Counted from the first letter of the stretch, positions 49,101 through 62,054 are shown. The stretch: DNA of 64,000 nt from Aplysia californica (GCF_000002075.1 NW_004797271.1:438672-502671); one strand, 5' to 3'. Notes: a model not told the origin generated them from the sequence alone. Numbers and translations are program-made.

Positions 49101-52100
49101 TAAATTTCCAATTTTCAGTGGAAATGCTTGACCCGGAAGTCAACAATATATTATGACTTTTATTTTAACATGGATATGTGGATAGGAATAGAATCTAAGC
49201 TAAAATTGAAGATCGGTTCTCGCGCCGCCGGGGCCAGCTTAGCGTACTGACGGCACTTTAGCCGCGCCGCCCCCCACGGCTCGGCGTAGCGAATGAGTTA
49301 GTATAATATCAATAACTCCCTATGCCCGAAAATTGACAACCGTGTGATTCCACCATGATGCGATACATATTGTAATAAATCAGCAAGCTATAAAGACTAT
49401 AACTATAATTTGATTTAAAATGCTAGGTTTTTGGGGGCCACAAAAAACGCATTAAATACCAAGTTGATATATACTAAAAGTTGATTAATCAACGAGGCAA
49501 TGGACTGATAAAACTCTCCTTCCTGCAGCTTTTTTCTCCCGTGACTGCTAAGGCTGGGGATTTTTTGGTAGTTTTTTGGGGGGTATCTTTCTCATGATCT
49601 CTTCCCGCAATGGGTTTGTTTTTGTTAAAGCTTGAAAAATGAAACCCTTTCGAATTCCACTCTGTCTTTTTGGATTGTCTCTATGTAAAGCAGTGTCATT
49701 ACGTCACATTGGCCCACCTTCTGAATCGGCTAAATTTTGACAATAAGGGCATAAAAGCATTTACAATAAGACAAGAATCAAAGTCACACACACACACTAA
49801 AGAATGAGATTTTGAGCCTTGAACTGTTCTCTTTGATCTCCCCAGGGTGACGTTTTCAAATTAAGCGAGAGCAAGAAGAGGCTGGTGGGATCAAAGTCAG
49901 ACACGTGGAAGCCCAGGTACCTGATTATCCGCAAGAAGGAGGACAAACCGGTGTTGGAATATCATCGGAAGAAACCGAAAAGCAGCAAAAAATATGAGAA
50001 AACACTCACAGGTAATGCTTGTGTAAACAAAAGTAAATTCTGAGAAGCTGAACATTTTTTTTACCTGAAGCATGGTGATAAGTCTTACATTTGAATAGCT
50101 GATTTTGTATAATAGAAAATTTTGTTTTAAATCCATTAAATCTGTAGTTGTTTTGTTTTGTAAAATAAAGTTTTCTAGCTGACCTGATGTTTCTTCTACC
50201 TGTGGCATATTTTACTAAGGGTAACAATGATCTGTCCCTAAGACAAGACTGGAGGGTGTCACTGTTAGATTCTACTTTTCTATTCCCCTAATTTGTCATT
50301 TTTGTCTGTTTTTCTTTTTCCCTGCACTTAATGATTGTTATGATGGCGTTGTTCTTCTCTTTACTTGGAATGCTATTCGAAAAGACTTTGGTAAAGCTGT
50401 TGATTTCTGCTTTGAATTGTTGTTTCAATTTCTTACGAAGTTTTCGGAAGTTCCTTCTGTTTTTCTGTTTTGCTTTCCCATTCTTTTGCAATAAAATCGG
50501 TTGATCTTTGGCTGAATAGAATTGATCTTTAAATCTTTTGCCAATTTTAAACAGGTTTGTTCACCTTTAAAATTTGTTTTTCAATTTTCTTTTTCAAAGA
50601 ATCGTTTGAGCTGTGGCCAACGTACAAAGTGGAGAAGTTGCAAGATGCCCGTGGACGATCGTTTGTATGTGAAGTTACGTCTCCCGAATTTCACTTGTTC
50701 CTCTCCGGCAACACGGAGAAGGAGGTGGATATCATGGTCTTCCTCCTGCAGGTCCAGATACGCCTCAAGGCTAACATCACAGGTGGCACATCTAGACAAT
50801 TTTTTTTTCTTTGAGGATTTTAAAATTTAAGTATCCTCATTTATTTTTAATCTCTGTGTATAATGTTCATTCAGTAAAGGAGATGCTTTGCTTCATTTCT
50901 TTTTTTTTTCTTTCTAAGTTTAAAGATATTTGAGGGTTGTTATTCCCTTACAGAAATTTGAGGATTGTATTTCCTTTAGAAATGCTCAACTTTGTAAAAT
51001 GAGGCAGCAAGATCAGCAATGTTTGTTTCAGATCTGGCACTTGAAGAAGATGAAGAATTGAATGTTTCGTTTTAATCCAAAGGCCCATTTCTTGTAGTTC
51101 ATTATGAGTATTGGTATGCTTATTTGTATTCAATGTTTTTCTGTCCTTCACAGAGAACCTGATCAATGTTTTGCCAGTGGATTCAGATACGCTGAAAAAA
51201 ATTGGGGCAAAAGGAAAATGTTCTCTCCACGCCTCACCGTGGGGACTGACACTTGTTTTGAAGGTGAGGAATTCTTTGCTCCTAAGTGACTGTTCATGAT
51301 AAGTATACTTATCTCCTGGCTGTGCTTCTGTAACTCTTTTATCTCCAGAGGAGGTTTTCCCCCCCTTGCCGGAGCCCTTTTTGGTATGATACCTTAGAGT
51401 TACTCATGCCTCAATAAACTAATCATTTGATTAAAACTGGTGAATGTATTTTGATAGTTCTTTATCAAATAAAGGAACTCCCTTTATGAAATATCTTTGT
51501 TGGGCAATGGCCGAAAACACAAAATGTCATCGTCATAACAGAATTTGCCCAAACCGCTGACATCAGATCAAGGGCACAGTGGTTCTGACCGCAAGGTGCT
51601 GGGGGTCTTTTATGGCCATTCTCCTGGCTGGTTTTAACTGATCAGTGTTATGTTCCCAATTATAATCAGACGCGGGTGGTTGGAGGAAGCTACTGGTATT
51701 TTCTACTTAATTACTCTCTCATTGTGATCCTTGGTCAGTCTCTCCAGCTGTCTCTGAGTATGTCTGCTCCTCCTTGCCTGTACATCCACATCACAGCATC
51801 TCTTTTCTTTTCCTCATTAGTCATCTTCTGAGCTTTTCCTTCCACAGCAAACCCGTGCCCTACTAGCCCAGTGGCCCCTGAAAAGCATTCGCTACTACGA
51901 GACTTCTGGCTCCGGAACTTTCAACATTGAGGCCGGCCGCGTAGCACCCATGGGAGAAGGCTTATTTAGCTTCAAGACAAAACCCGGAGAGGACGATTTT
52001 ATCTACGATCTCATCGACAATTTTATCGTGGACACCTTGGACCGCGTTAAGGTATGTGAGGAATATAGTTGTGGGCATATAGGTAATTTTTTTGGCAGTC

Positions 52101-55100
52101 TTTGGTATATTGTAAATAAGTGAGAAATGTGGTAGTTCCTGTACAAGACAGAGGGATATTGTAGGTATGTGAATGTGGTAGTTCAGGTACAAGATAAAGG
52201 GATATTGTAGGTATGTGAAGAATATGGTGGTTCATGTACAAGATAGAGGGATAGTGTAGGTATGTGAATGTGGTGGTTCATGTACAAGATAGAGGGATAG
52301 TGTAGGTATGTGAATGTGGTGGTTCATGTACAAGATAGAGGGATAGTGTAGGTATGTGAATGTGGTGGTTCATGTACAAGATAGAGGGATAGTGTAGGTA
52401 TGTGAATGTGGTGGTTCATGTTCAAGATAGACGGATAGTGTAGGTATGTGAATGTGGTAGTTCATGTTCAAGATAGAGGGATATTGTAGGTATGTGAAGA
52501 ATGTGGTAGTTCCTGTACAAGATAATAGGTGAGATGTTGTGGGTATATGAGGAATGTAGTAGTAAGTGTATAGGTCCTTTCCTGGTCGTCAGTCGGATAG
52601 TGTAGATAAGTGAGAAATGTAGTAATGAACGTACTGGATAGTGGAATATTGTGGCGTGCTCTTTGTGTACTATATATATAACAAGACTAATTGTACCAAT
52701 GAATAGATTGTTTTTTCCATTATTAGTAACAACTGTTTTTCACGCCTTCATAATTTTTTCATTATGTGGGTTTGACACCTCTTTCAGCATTGTACACTTA
52801 TTAAGGATGAGGAAGGATGGATGGAGGGGGAGTAGTCAAGAAGATAGTCAAGAAAGTTAACTTGCAAATGATCAGTTCTTCAATTTTTCTAGCTTATTGA
52901 TGATAGACTTCTGCAATGGTGTGACTGTCATTTCTTTCGTAAAATTTGTTTGTGTCCTGAAAGATTTTAATTCAGCCTGCCTCTTAAAAGATTTTAATGG
53001 TGTCAATGGAGGCGGAAAAAAATGTAACCCCCCCCCCCCCCCAAACTTAGAGGAAAAAAAACCTAGGACAAAATTAACCACTTGCAACTTTTCGAAGTGT
53101 TTTATATATGACATTGAGACATTGATATCTTATTTATTTCTACAGCCCACCCAAAAAGGAACGCCGGAGGAAATTGCGGATTACATCCGAGAACACGACT
53201 GTCTACATTCATTGACCACGGTCAGCGTCTGCTCACGCAGGACACCGGAGATACAGAATGTTCTTAAGGCAGTCTGGAATATTGGGTCCTACAGTTCAGG
53301 TGAGTGGGAGTATATATATATATATATATATATTCCTGTTCTCTCCTTTAATCTATCTCTCTCTCTCTTATCTTATCNNNNNNNNNNNNNNNNNNNNNNN
53401 NNNNNNNNNNNNNNNNNNNNNNNNNNNNNNNNNNNNNNNNNNNNNNNNNNNNNNNNNNNNNNNNNNNNNNNNNNNNNNNNNNNNNNNNNNNNNNNNNNNN
53501 NNNNNNNNNNNNNNNNNNNNNNNNNNNNNNNNNNNNNNNNNNNNNNNNNNNNNNNNNNNNNNNNNNNNNNNNNNNNNNNNNNNNNNNNNNNNNNNNNNNN
53601 NNNNNNNNNNNNNNNNNNNNNNNNNNNNNNNNNNNNNNNNNNNNNNNNNNNNNNNNNNNNNNNNNNNNNNNNNNNNNNNNNNNNNNNNNNNNNNNNNNNN
53701 NNNNNNNNNNNNNNNNNNNNNNNNNNNNATCTCTATATATCTCCCTCTCTCTTTCTCTCTATCCCCCCTTATCTCTTCCTCTCTATCCCCCCTTATCTTT
53801 TCCTCTATATCCCTCTATCCCTCTTCCTTATATAATATCTCCTCCTTTATCCCTCTATCTCTCTCATCTCCACTATCCCTCTATCTGTCACAATCTCCTT
53901 TTATCCCTTTCTCTTTCAATCTCCGTCTATCTATCCATCTGTCTCTTTCTATCTATGTTCCTCCATCTCCATCTATCCCTTTATCTCATTCAATTAAGCC
54001 GAAGGGCTAGAACCCATATGGCTGCTGGATCGGAAAAAGTATCTCATTCAATTTGTCTTTTTCTTTTTCTCTTTCTCTTTCTCTCTCTCTCTACACCCTG
54101 CCTCTGCACACCTCATAATTGCTATGAGATTTTCTTCTCACTGTAATGGATAGAAAGAAATTATTTTGCTCAGTGAAGAAATTTTGTTAGTCCAGTGTAT
54201 TTTTTTTCTCTTGTATTTGTTGGTAGGTCCTACTTCTTTTCCTCCCCTCTGCTGTTTCTTCTGTCTATTTGTCTTGCTTTTTTCCCTGGCGCTAAACTAA
54301 ATGACTGTTATTGTTATTGTATTGGGTGTGTTTTCTTTATCAATGAATCATAATAGTGTGTTGTTGGCGGGTGCTCTGGTGGGGTTTGCTTCTTCTTTCC
54401 TATCAAACATCTATCGTCCTTGTCTCCCCTTCTTTTTTTTTATGTTTGTTACTCTCTTGTGACACCTCTAATCTTCTGATGCTCATATGACCTTACGCAG
54501 TTGCGAGCGCCGTAAAACCTCTACTAAAACTAAACTAATGAATCATAATAATATTCTTGTATTGTCGTCTCATGACGCTCAATGTTAAAAACAATAAGGA
54601 AACAACAAATGCAGTTTTTGGGACACCTGAATAGACATAAGGGTCTTGAACATGTATCTCTCACTGACAAAATTGAAGGTTGTAAACGAGGCAGGGGTAG
54701 GCCCAGAGCAACCTACTTAGGGAACCTAATCAAATGGGTAAAAGGGAAAGATCAGGGAAACTTAGCTTTTTTAAGAGCATCCGAGCAAAGGAATGAATGG
54801 AGAACCATGATTGTCAATGTCTGTCGCAGATCTGGCACTAGATGATGGTGATGATTGTCGTCTCTTTTTGTTCCAGAGGGCTCTGCCTCCTTGATCAGTG
54901 GTCAGTCTGGCCGGTCCGGGGGAAGAAGGGAAAGGTGAGTGGATTGTTGTTGTTAATGGTGTTGTTGCTGTTGGTGGTTGGAGTGGTGATGGTGTTGTTG
55001 TTGGTGGGGGTGTTGTTACTGGGATTTTTGTTGTTGTTTTGTGTTTGTGTGTGTGTGAGTGGTATAGGGAGCAAAAGAATCAGTTGTTGTGGTTGTTTAT

Positions 55101-58100
55101 ATTTTTCACTATGTTTATCCTTGACCCCAAGAGGCTGAGTTTTTGGCATACGTTGCTTGGATGTCTGGAACTAGAATGTTGAACTAATCACAGAAAGATG
55201 ATGATGCCAGTTGTATCAGTGTTATTGCTGCTGTTATTATAAAAGAAAAAGGTAACAGCAGCCCAAACCCCGCCTTTCCCCCACTCCTACCTCCCTCATC
55301 TCCTCTCCCCCCCCCCCCCCCCCCACACACACACGCCCTCCCACCTCTTTACTTTACTCATCAGTACTAACAGTAAAAAATTATAATTGCCTTTCCTCCT
55401 TCATCCCCCCCCACCCTGCCCCTCACAGTTCTGGCAGCAGTTCGAACTCCAACTCCCTAGAACGTGGTCAAGCTGTGGTCAGTTCATCTTCCTCCTCTCG
55501 CCTCGTGATCAACCTGGAGCGCCCAGAACTGGATCGAACCAGTTTAGCTAGCAACAGAACGGTAAGCAGCAGTGGTGGTGGCATGCGAGAGGAACCGGTC
55601 TCCGACCGCCCCCCTCCCCTCCCGGCCCGTGCTCCAAAACACAACGGCGTGCCTCGCAGGAGTAGGAGAAGAGACCACAGCCTTCCAAGAAAAGCTGATG
55701 TGATGGCCAAAATGGCAACAGGAGCCACGGCAGAAGTACCTTCCCTGGCTTCTATGGGCGAGAAGTTAACCGATACTCAGCAAGTTCCTGCGTCTCCAAG
55801 GCGACACTCAAATCCTTCAGATTCGCTTCATCGGGTAAACCATGATGACGGTTTGCTCACTCCCCCGATCTCACACGCTCAAATTTCCCCTCGCTACCAG
55901 AATGCTCCCGACCAGTCACACACTCAGTTTCACCAACTCAGCGGGCAGCAGAACATGAAAGTTCGTGTATCCAAGTCCCCCGTTGTGACCCGCAATCCTA
56001 ATAAAGTTGGCCGCGCCGAGTACTTGATTAACCAGCCAAACAGTGGGCTACGGTCCCCCACCACGGGCCGCAGCTCTGAGACGTGGACTCTCGACCCATC
56101 GCACCTGCGGGAAAACGACAGGCTAGACGAACAGGCGTACATGGATGCCGTGGCCAGGGCCAGTCGGCAAAAGTACGGAGGGGGACATAACTCCATCGAC
56201 CGGCGCTGGGCCAAACTACAGCGAGAAGTGAGCTCCGATTCCCAAGACGTTGTGTCGCTGTCATCGAGGACTGGGAGTGTGAGCAGCCCCAGCACACCCG
56301 TGCCCTATAGACCTTCTCGCACGTACGTCAACATAGCAGTACCGGAGGTCAGCCATGAGAGACAGAGGTCGGCCGATGGTGTGATGGGAGGGGGGGGAGG
56401 GACCAACATGCTTCCTCCTCCTGTGTCCCCTCCTCTAGTCATCCGACATGGCAGACAGCGATCAGCTGATGAGTTTAGCCGCTCGTCTTTTGGCAGTATC
56501 GATCCGAGGAATGCAGCCGCCTTCTCACAGTCTACGGATATGCATCACAGCCGCCAAAACTCTGTGACCAGCACCAGTGCCTGCAGCACTCTCAGCCGAG
56601 GGAGGGGAGATAAGAAGGAAGGGGGGGCAGCCCCACGGATATCTTATACATCACAGGTCAGTCAAGCCTCCAGTAAGGATGGAGTAGCGGCCCCTGTGGT
56701 GGACTGGCTTATGTCTGCCAGTTGTGAAGACTTGAGTGATCACATGAGAACAGCAATCTACGACGGTGAAACTCAAAGCAAAGAGGAGGATCAGGGCAAT
56801 ACGTACGAAGAGATTGATACCAGTAAAACGGAAGAGGTCAACAGACAAGAAGTGACATCTCCCTCACTAGGGTCAGCTGTAGAGGACAAACCCCCACTGC
56901 CGTTCACTGGACTGAAAAAGTTCCACGACAACACAGACAGCGCATATGCTCGGGACCGCAGCAAGTCATTTGGTTATGTGAACATCCCGAGCCCCAGTAG
57001 TCCTCCGACCCCCCACAAACCTGCTAGCACAGCGCCTAGTGCACATCTCATACGCAAGATGGTTAACGCCCGCGCTAAACAAGACACCCTTCGCAAGTCG
57101 CTCTCGAACCCAAACTTCCTCAACCTGGGCAGCAAAGAACACTTATACAATCTCAAATCAACAGCGACCACCTCCAACAATGGCAACAAACTGGCCGTAG
57201 GGAGCAAACAGAAAAGTCGCTCCATCGGCAGTTTGTTCCCGGCCATCAAGAAAGCTTTCAGCAGAGAGAGTTTGGGTCACAGCAGGTCTACCACGCCCGA
57301 ACGCCGGGCCAGCTTCAGCCACAAGCGACGCAGCAGCGAAGGCGAGTCCTCCTCCTTTCAACGACAGAACAGCTGCCACAGTCTTGGGGAGATAACCATA
57401 AAGGGTATCCGGCTGACGGAGAGAAGCAGATCATTCCGGAGAGTGAGAGGGGCAAAGTCAGTGGAGGTGTTGGCGCGTACAAATGACGGGGAGAGGTCGG
57501 AAGATAACCGCCACAGTACGGGCACATCCGTGTCGGTCCACAGTGCCGTGTCTCAGTCCTCTCGCGATACTCATCTCTCAGCTCCGGGCGACGTGAGGTC
57601 GTCATCAGCCGACACGTCAGGGTCAGGAACCTCTGCTCAAACAGCAGCTCCCTCCACACCAGAAGGAAGTACTATCAGTCCACCTGTCTCTCCCAGAAAA
57701 TCCTCCTCCTCCCGGAAAAAACCCAGTTCTGGTGCGAGCAATCCCGGGTATATGTCCACAACTTACATCTCACTCACATCCTCCGATCTACCTCCTTTAC
57801 CCTCAGTTGATAAGTCAAAAGTCACTCCGTCTTCCGCCACCACCACCACTCCTTCCCGCACTTCGTCTTCTTCATCGTCTCAGTCGCCTTCATTATCAAT
57901 AACGACATCGTCCACCGGGAGTAAATCCCCCAGCGTGCTGACAAGGACACCCTCCCACACCCCTGAGCATGATCAAATCGATGAGAACAGCAATAAGTGT
58001 AACAATAAGGGGAAAGTGAACCAGTCCAACCATCATCAACATGACGGCGACTCGCCCTCTGAACCAAACTGTCTTCCGATGCAGAGCGGGGCTTCTCCCG

Positions 58101-58375
58101 ATAAATCAAATTCTCCTAAGAAAAAGCGCCCCCATGTGAGTGACCTCGTAGCCAAAATTGAGGGCTGCAAAGGGGATACAGATCCCAGTCTCTCTACCTC
58201 TTGCAATCAAGTCAGTAATGTGTCCTATCAGTCATCATCCTCTTTATCATCGTCGTCGTCGTCATCTTCCGCAACTGTAAAACCTTTTCAGCCGATGCCA
58301 TTCAAGAAACATGAAAGTAAATCAAGACCTTTCTTTAGGTCAATGAAATCGAACAATTCGGAATCTTCAGCATAG
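46143..58375 (+). CDS. DOK/IRS/FRS2-type docking protein (PH + IRS-type PTB + long Ser/Pro-rich tail), ~1282 aa; join(46143..46169,49846..50011,50600..50782,51154..51263,51848..52051,53146..53299,54877..54934,55429..58375)
   Basis: PH-like N-terminus (VIFQGDVFK..TWKPRYLIIRK..VLEYHRK); IRS-PTB motifs QWPLKSIRYY, FNIEAGR, GEGLFSFKT; all junctions GT-AG and phase-consistent into the 966-aa ORF. An in-frame upstream ATG also exists at 46131. Confidence 0.88.
48249..49297. mobile_element. piggyBac-type non-autonomous element nested in a family A MITE (47897-49369)
   Basis: TTAA|CTCATTCGCTACG ... CGTAGCGAATGAG|TTAG; perfect 13-bp TIR. Confidence 0.78.
49846..50011 (+). CDS. Docking protein exon 2 (PH domain)
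   Basis: CCCAG|GDVFKLSESKKRLVGSKSDTWKPRYLIIRKK..|GTAAT. Confidence 0.85.
50600..50782 (+). CDS. Docking protein exon 3 (PH domain)
   Basis: ESFELWPTYKVEKLQD..EKEVDIMVFLLQVQIRLKANIT, phase 1-1. Confidence 0.8.
51154..51263 (+). CDS. Docking protein exon 4 (PTB start)
   Basis: CACAG|..KGKCSLHASPWGLTLVLK|GTGAG. Confidence 0.85.
51848..52051 (+). CDS. Docking protein exon 5 (IRS-PTB core)
   Basis: QWPLKSIRYYETSGSGTFNIEAGRVAPMGEGLFSFKTKPGEDDFIY. Confidence 0.92.
52050..52650 (+). repeat. 46-bp minisatellite beginning at the exon 5 donor
   Basis: Unit GTAGGTATGTGAATGTGGTGGTTCATGTACAAGATAGAGGGATAGT. Confidence 0.92.
53146..53299 (+). CDS. Docking protein exon 6
   Basis: TACAG|PTQKGTPEEIADYIREHDC..GSYSS|GTGAGT. 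Confidence 0.85.
54356..54536 (+). mobile_element. ~170-bp retroposon, family R
   Basis: TSD AATGAATCATAATA (54342-54355, 54537-54550). Confidence 0.8.
54572..54853 (+). mobile_element. 5'-truncated RTE-clade LINE 3' end
   Basis: IRKQQMQFLGHLNR..KIEG..RGRGRPR..EWRTMIVNV; (GAT)n tail; TSD ATTGTCGTCTC (54561-54571, 54854-54864). Confidence 0.88.
54877..54934 (+). CDS. Docking protein exon 7 (58 nt)
   Basis: TTCCAG acceptor and AAG|GTGAGT donor; needed to bridge phase 1 to phase 2. Confidence 0.75.
55429..58375 (+). CDS. Docking protein terminal exon (disordered tail with Tyr motifs)
   Basis: 2947-nt open frame after a CACAG acceptor; contains the 966-aa ORF. Confidence 0.92.
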
Positions 58376-59019
58376 CTAGATCATTTCTGTTAGTTATGAT
58401 TTATAATGATAATGTGCTTCTTGTCATAAGGATCTGAAAATGTACGAATAACTGTGTGGAACTTTATGTTTTATTTTGATGGTCCGGGATTGGTTGCTAC
58501 TTGAAGTAGAAGTAGCCACTATCCTGGATGCTTCGTTGCATCGACTTTGTGGTATCTGGTACCTTCTGTCAGCATTGTGTAACACGATGTGTTGTTACAT
58601 AAATAAAAATGGACAAAAATATCTTGTTACAAGTATTTTTATACTCTGCCCATTTTTCAACGAGAATTGTACGTTATTTTCTACAGTGGACATACTCCAA
58701 GGTTTTTTTGGTTTTTTTCTATACTCAGACTGATATTTTCAATAAATGAAGGTGTATAGGTTTCACTTCTCTTAAAGGAGAAGCTCAGAGTGATTGAACG
58801 ACTCGTGTCCCTTTCTTTACCATTCAAGCCTGGAGCTCCAGGAGCAATGTTTTGCTTGTGGGGCGTATGAAAATATAGGCAGAGTGGGAGACCCATAAAC
58901 ACTGAGGTCTTGCCTGTAAGATCGTTGAGGTGGGGGAGGGTGAGAGCGAGAGTGAGAGTGAGAGCGAGAGCGTTGGAGGGGGGGGGGGGGGGGGGGGGAA
59001 TGCATAGAAAGTCCATGAG

Positions 59020-59335
59020 CGATAAGGTTTTGTCAGTGAGATGTATGAGGGAAGGTATGGAGAGTCTATGAGTGTTAACATTAAAGTCTTGTCTTGTCTG
59101 TAAGGTGTTGGGGGGGTATAGAGAGTTGGTGAGTGTTAATATGAAGGTTGTCAGTGAGATGTATGAGGGAGGTATGGAGAGTCCGTGAGTGTTAACATTT
59201 TGGTCTTGTCTGTAAGGTGTTTGGGGGAGGTGGGGTGTTTACAGAGAGTTGGAGAGTGTTAACGTGAAGGTTGTCAGTGAGATGTATGAGGGGAGTTATG
59301 GAGAGTCCATGAGTGTTAGTGTTGAGGTCTTGTCC
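59020..59335. repeat. Degenerate ~120-bp repeat, ~3 copies
   Basis: TGTCAGTGAGATGTATGAGGG..GGAGAGTC..GAGTGTTAAC recurs three times. Confidence 0.8.
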
Positions 59336-62054
59336 CTGACGTAACTGAAATGCGTGAAAGAAAAGCTTGAGACATAACACCTCGCTCATATTGGGATAAT
59401 AGTTGAATTGTTCACCAAACCTGGTAGAGCATACTTTTTGTCCTTTTCCTCTGTCATTTGCGTCTGTTGGTCTTACTTTTTAATTAAAATAAAATCTTGT
59501 TTCAGTGATTATTAGTGTATGTATGTATTTCCTGTTTTCTCAGACTTGAGTTGTGGAAGGCATGGAGTGTGACAGAGCCTACTTTCCTCTGAATATATAC
59601 ACTCTGTTGTCATGCAATTTATCACCATTATTGTTTATATATAAGTATTATTGATGCCATGTTGGCCACCTCTCAGAGGGCCTTACTCTGATTGTTATGC
59701 CATTGTTTTTGTGTTTCCTTCAAGGGTAATCTTTCTCAGCCATAGTTCCAAGGAGCCCAATGTAAAAATGGGAACAAAAATATTCTTCCCATGACATGAC
59801 TTCTTTTTATAAAATCATATTTTTCTTGTTGAACGAGTTTTATAAAAATCTACTAGCATAGATCAAATATAAGCGGTTGTGCCTTATGTGTATACTTAAA
59901 AACGAATGGCAGCAGAAGTGGTATGCATCAAAACATTGTATCCAGCAGAAATTAAAATTACAACGGAACTGTAAATTTTATACAGAACAATTTAGACCAA
60001 CTATTGGTCGGCAGTAAGCAGAGATTTATTTATTACTGCTTTTATCAAAGACTTTTATCATTGACTTAATTTCTTAATGTGCCTACTACTCCAGTGCCCT
60101 TCCACTGTAGGTGTATATTGTCAATAGGGGGTGCAAAACACCAACAATTACAAAATTATGAATCCAGTTTTTGTAATTGAGATAATTATACCCTCTTGAT
60201 CAAATATTTTTATCACATTTTTTATATGATTGGTAGTTTTGAATAAATGACTATTTGTAGCCAAAATAAAAATCTATGCAATGAGATCTTCCATAGATGC
60301 AGTAGTCATACAGTAATCAAATAGTTTTTCTATCGATACAATGGTTGCTCCTTTTCAAATAGTTCTTCCATATATGCAATCGTTGTACTTGATCAAATAG
60401 TTCTTCCATCCATAGATGCAATGGTCATACATTTATCAAATAGTTCTTCTATTCTGTTTAAAACTTTTATGAAATTTTATTAAGTAAATATTCAAAGGTG
60501 TGGTCGCAGCAAGACTGTCATCAATTTGCCTCATCAATTTGCCGCAACTGCAGTGGTGGTGAAAAGCAAAACAATCAATGGTCTTAACCCAAAGGTGTAA
60601 GTTGTCATATTAAAGTCACGTGAGCTGCTAGTTAGTAATATTCTTGAAGAGTTTTATGTAAGTCAATCAAAAATGTGGGTGTTCGCAGGTTCTCTGGTGT
60701 GGTTTGCTCCTTCTTTCCTGTCAAATGTGTATTGTCCATATCTTTCCTCCTTATTTTCTTTGTATGTTACTCCCATGAAACACCTTGAATCTTTGGCACT
60801 TTTATGATATATTTGGATTGTAATTGCAGTAATACTTTTACTAAAAGTAAAGCTATACTCAATCCAAAATGAGTCACTCAAATCAGAGCATTCTTCATCA
60901 TGAATACTTTCGTTAATATTCATGAACAAGTTTTGTGCAACTCAGTTATAAAGCATTTAAATTGTGTGGATTGAGGCGTCAAACATATATACAATTATTT
61001 TACAAGTATAAATTGTGTGTAAGTCCATCATAAATGAGTCATTCAAGTCAAAAATATTTTCAGTTGTAATCTAACTACACAGGGAAATTAATTTTTTTTT
61101 TTTTTTTTACTTTTCAATGCATTCAACTTTCTGTTTGAATACACCGCTGAAAAGACCTTTGTCTTTACTCTCCATCTGTTGTTTCTGTTTGTCTTTCTCA
61201 ATTCTTCTCGACACTAACTGACCCTTATTGTATCCACGCACTTCTTTTTACGCAAACGAACAAACTGGAGTTGAGGAAAGACACAAAGCACTCACAAGAC
61301 TGTCTTTCCGCAAATGTTGGCTACTGCTGTCACTATTATGAATTTATTTTTGTAATAACTTTCTTTACGCAGCAAATGTTATGCTCTTAACATTTTTACA
61401 CAAGAGAATTTTCTATGTACTTAAGAGTTGTGAATGAATACAAGTTGACAACAAGTGCCGTTTGCCGTTTTCACTTTATATTTTGATTCTGTACATACTG
61501 GTAGTTTAACCAAGGTGGGCCTACAATAGTTGTGGTAATAAGATATAAGACTTAGGGGGAGAAAATGGCAGTCATATTTTTTATTATTTTGAATTTTACC
61601 CGACAAGACACTTCAGTTAAACAGAACATTTAAAAGCAAGTAAATGGTTACTGGTCAATGTTAAAATGAAGAGATGAAATGGTGTGTCCTTAGGAAGATA
61701 TGAGGTTTCAAACTTAACCTTGAGAGTTTTCAAAACCACCAAAGTGTGAGTACCAGTTTCTGTTGTCTAGTCATTAGGTTCTTTGCTATGGCACACAGGA
61801 GATCGGAATTTTATTCCAGGGTGGGGAAAATTTTATTGAGTATCTCAGTCGTTCTGCTGGGATGTTGTATCCCGCTCAGCCTGGGTTTACTCTGACTGGC
61901 AGGGTCAAAGTTCGTCTCCTTGATTTGAATTGTGTTGATGGGGGAGTGAAATGCCTGCATCTTTAAAAAAAATGGCTCTTCCGTTTTTTCCCTCATAGTC
62001 TTTAAACATTCCTCAGTCGATGGGAGAGTGCTGTAAATTTTACAGCGTTTCTTT

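Noticed and set aside
55468-58109. Antisense ORFs within the large terminal exon
   Set aside because: Shadow ORFs of a GC-rich coding exon with no recognisable motifs.
46143-58375. Assigning a symbol such as IRS1/chico, DOK7 or FRS2
   Set aside because: Architecture fits the family, but no YxxM motifs, no N-myristoylation Gly, and too divergent to name without phylogeny.
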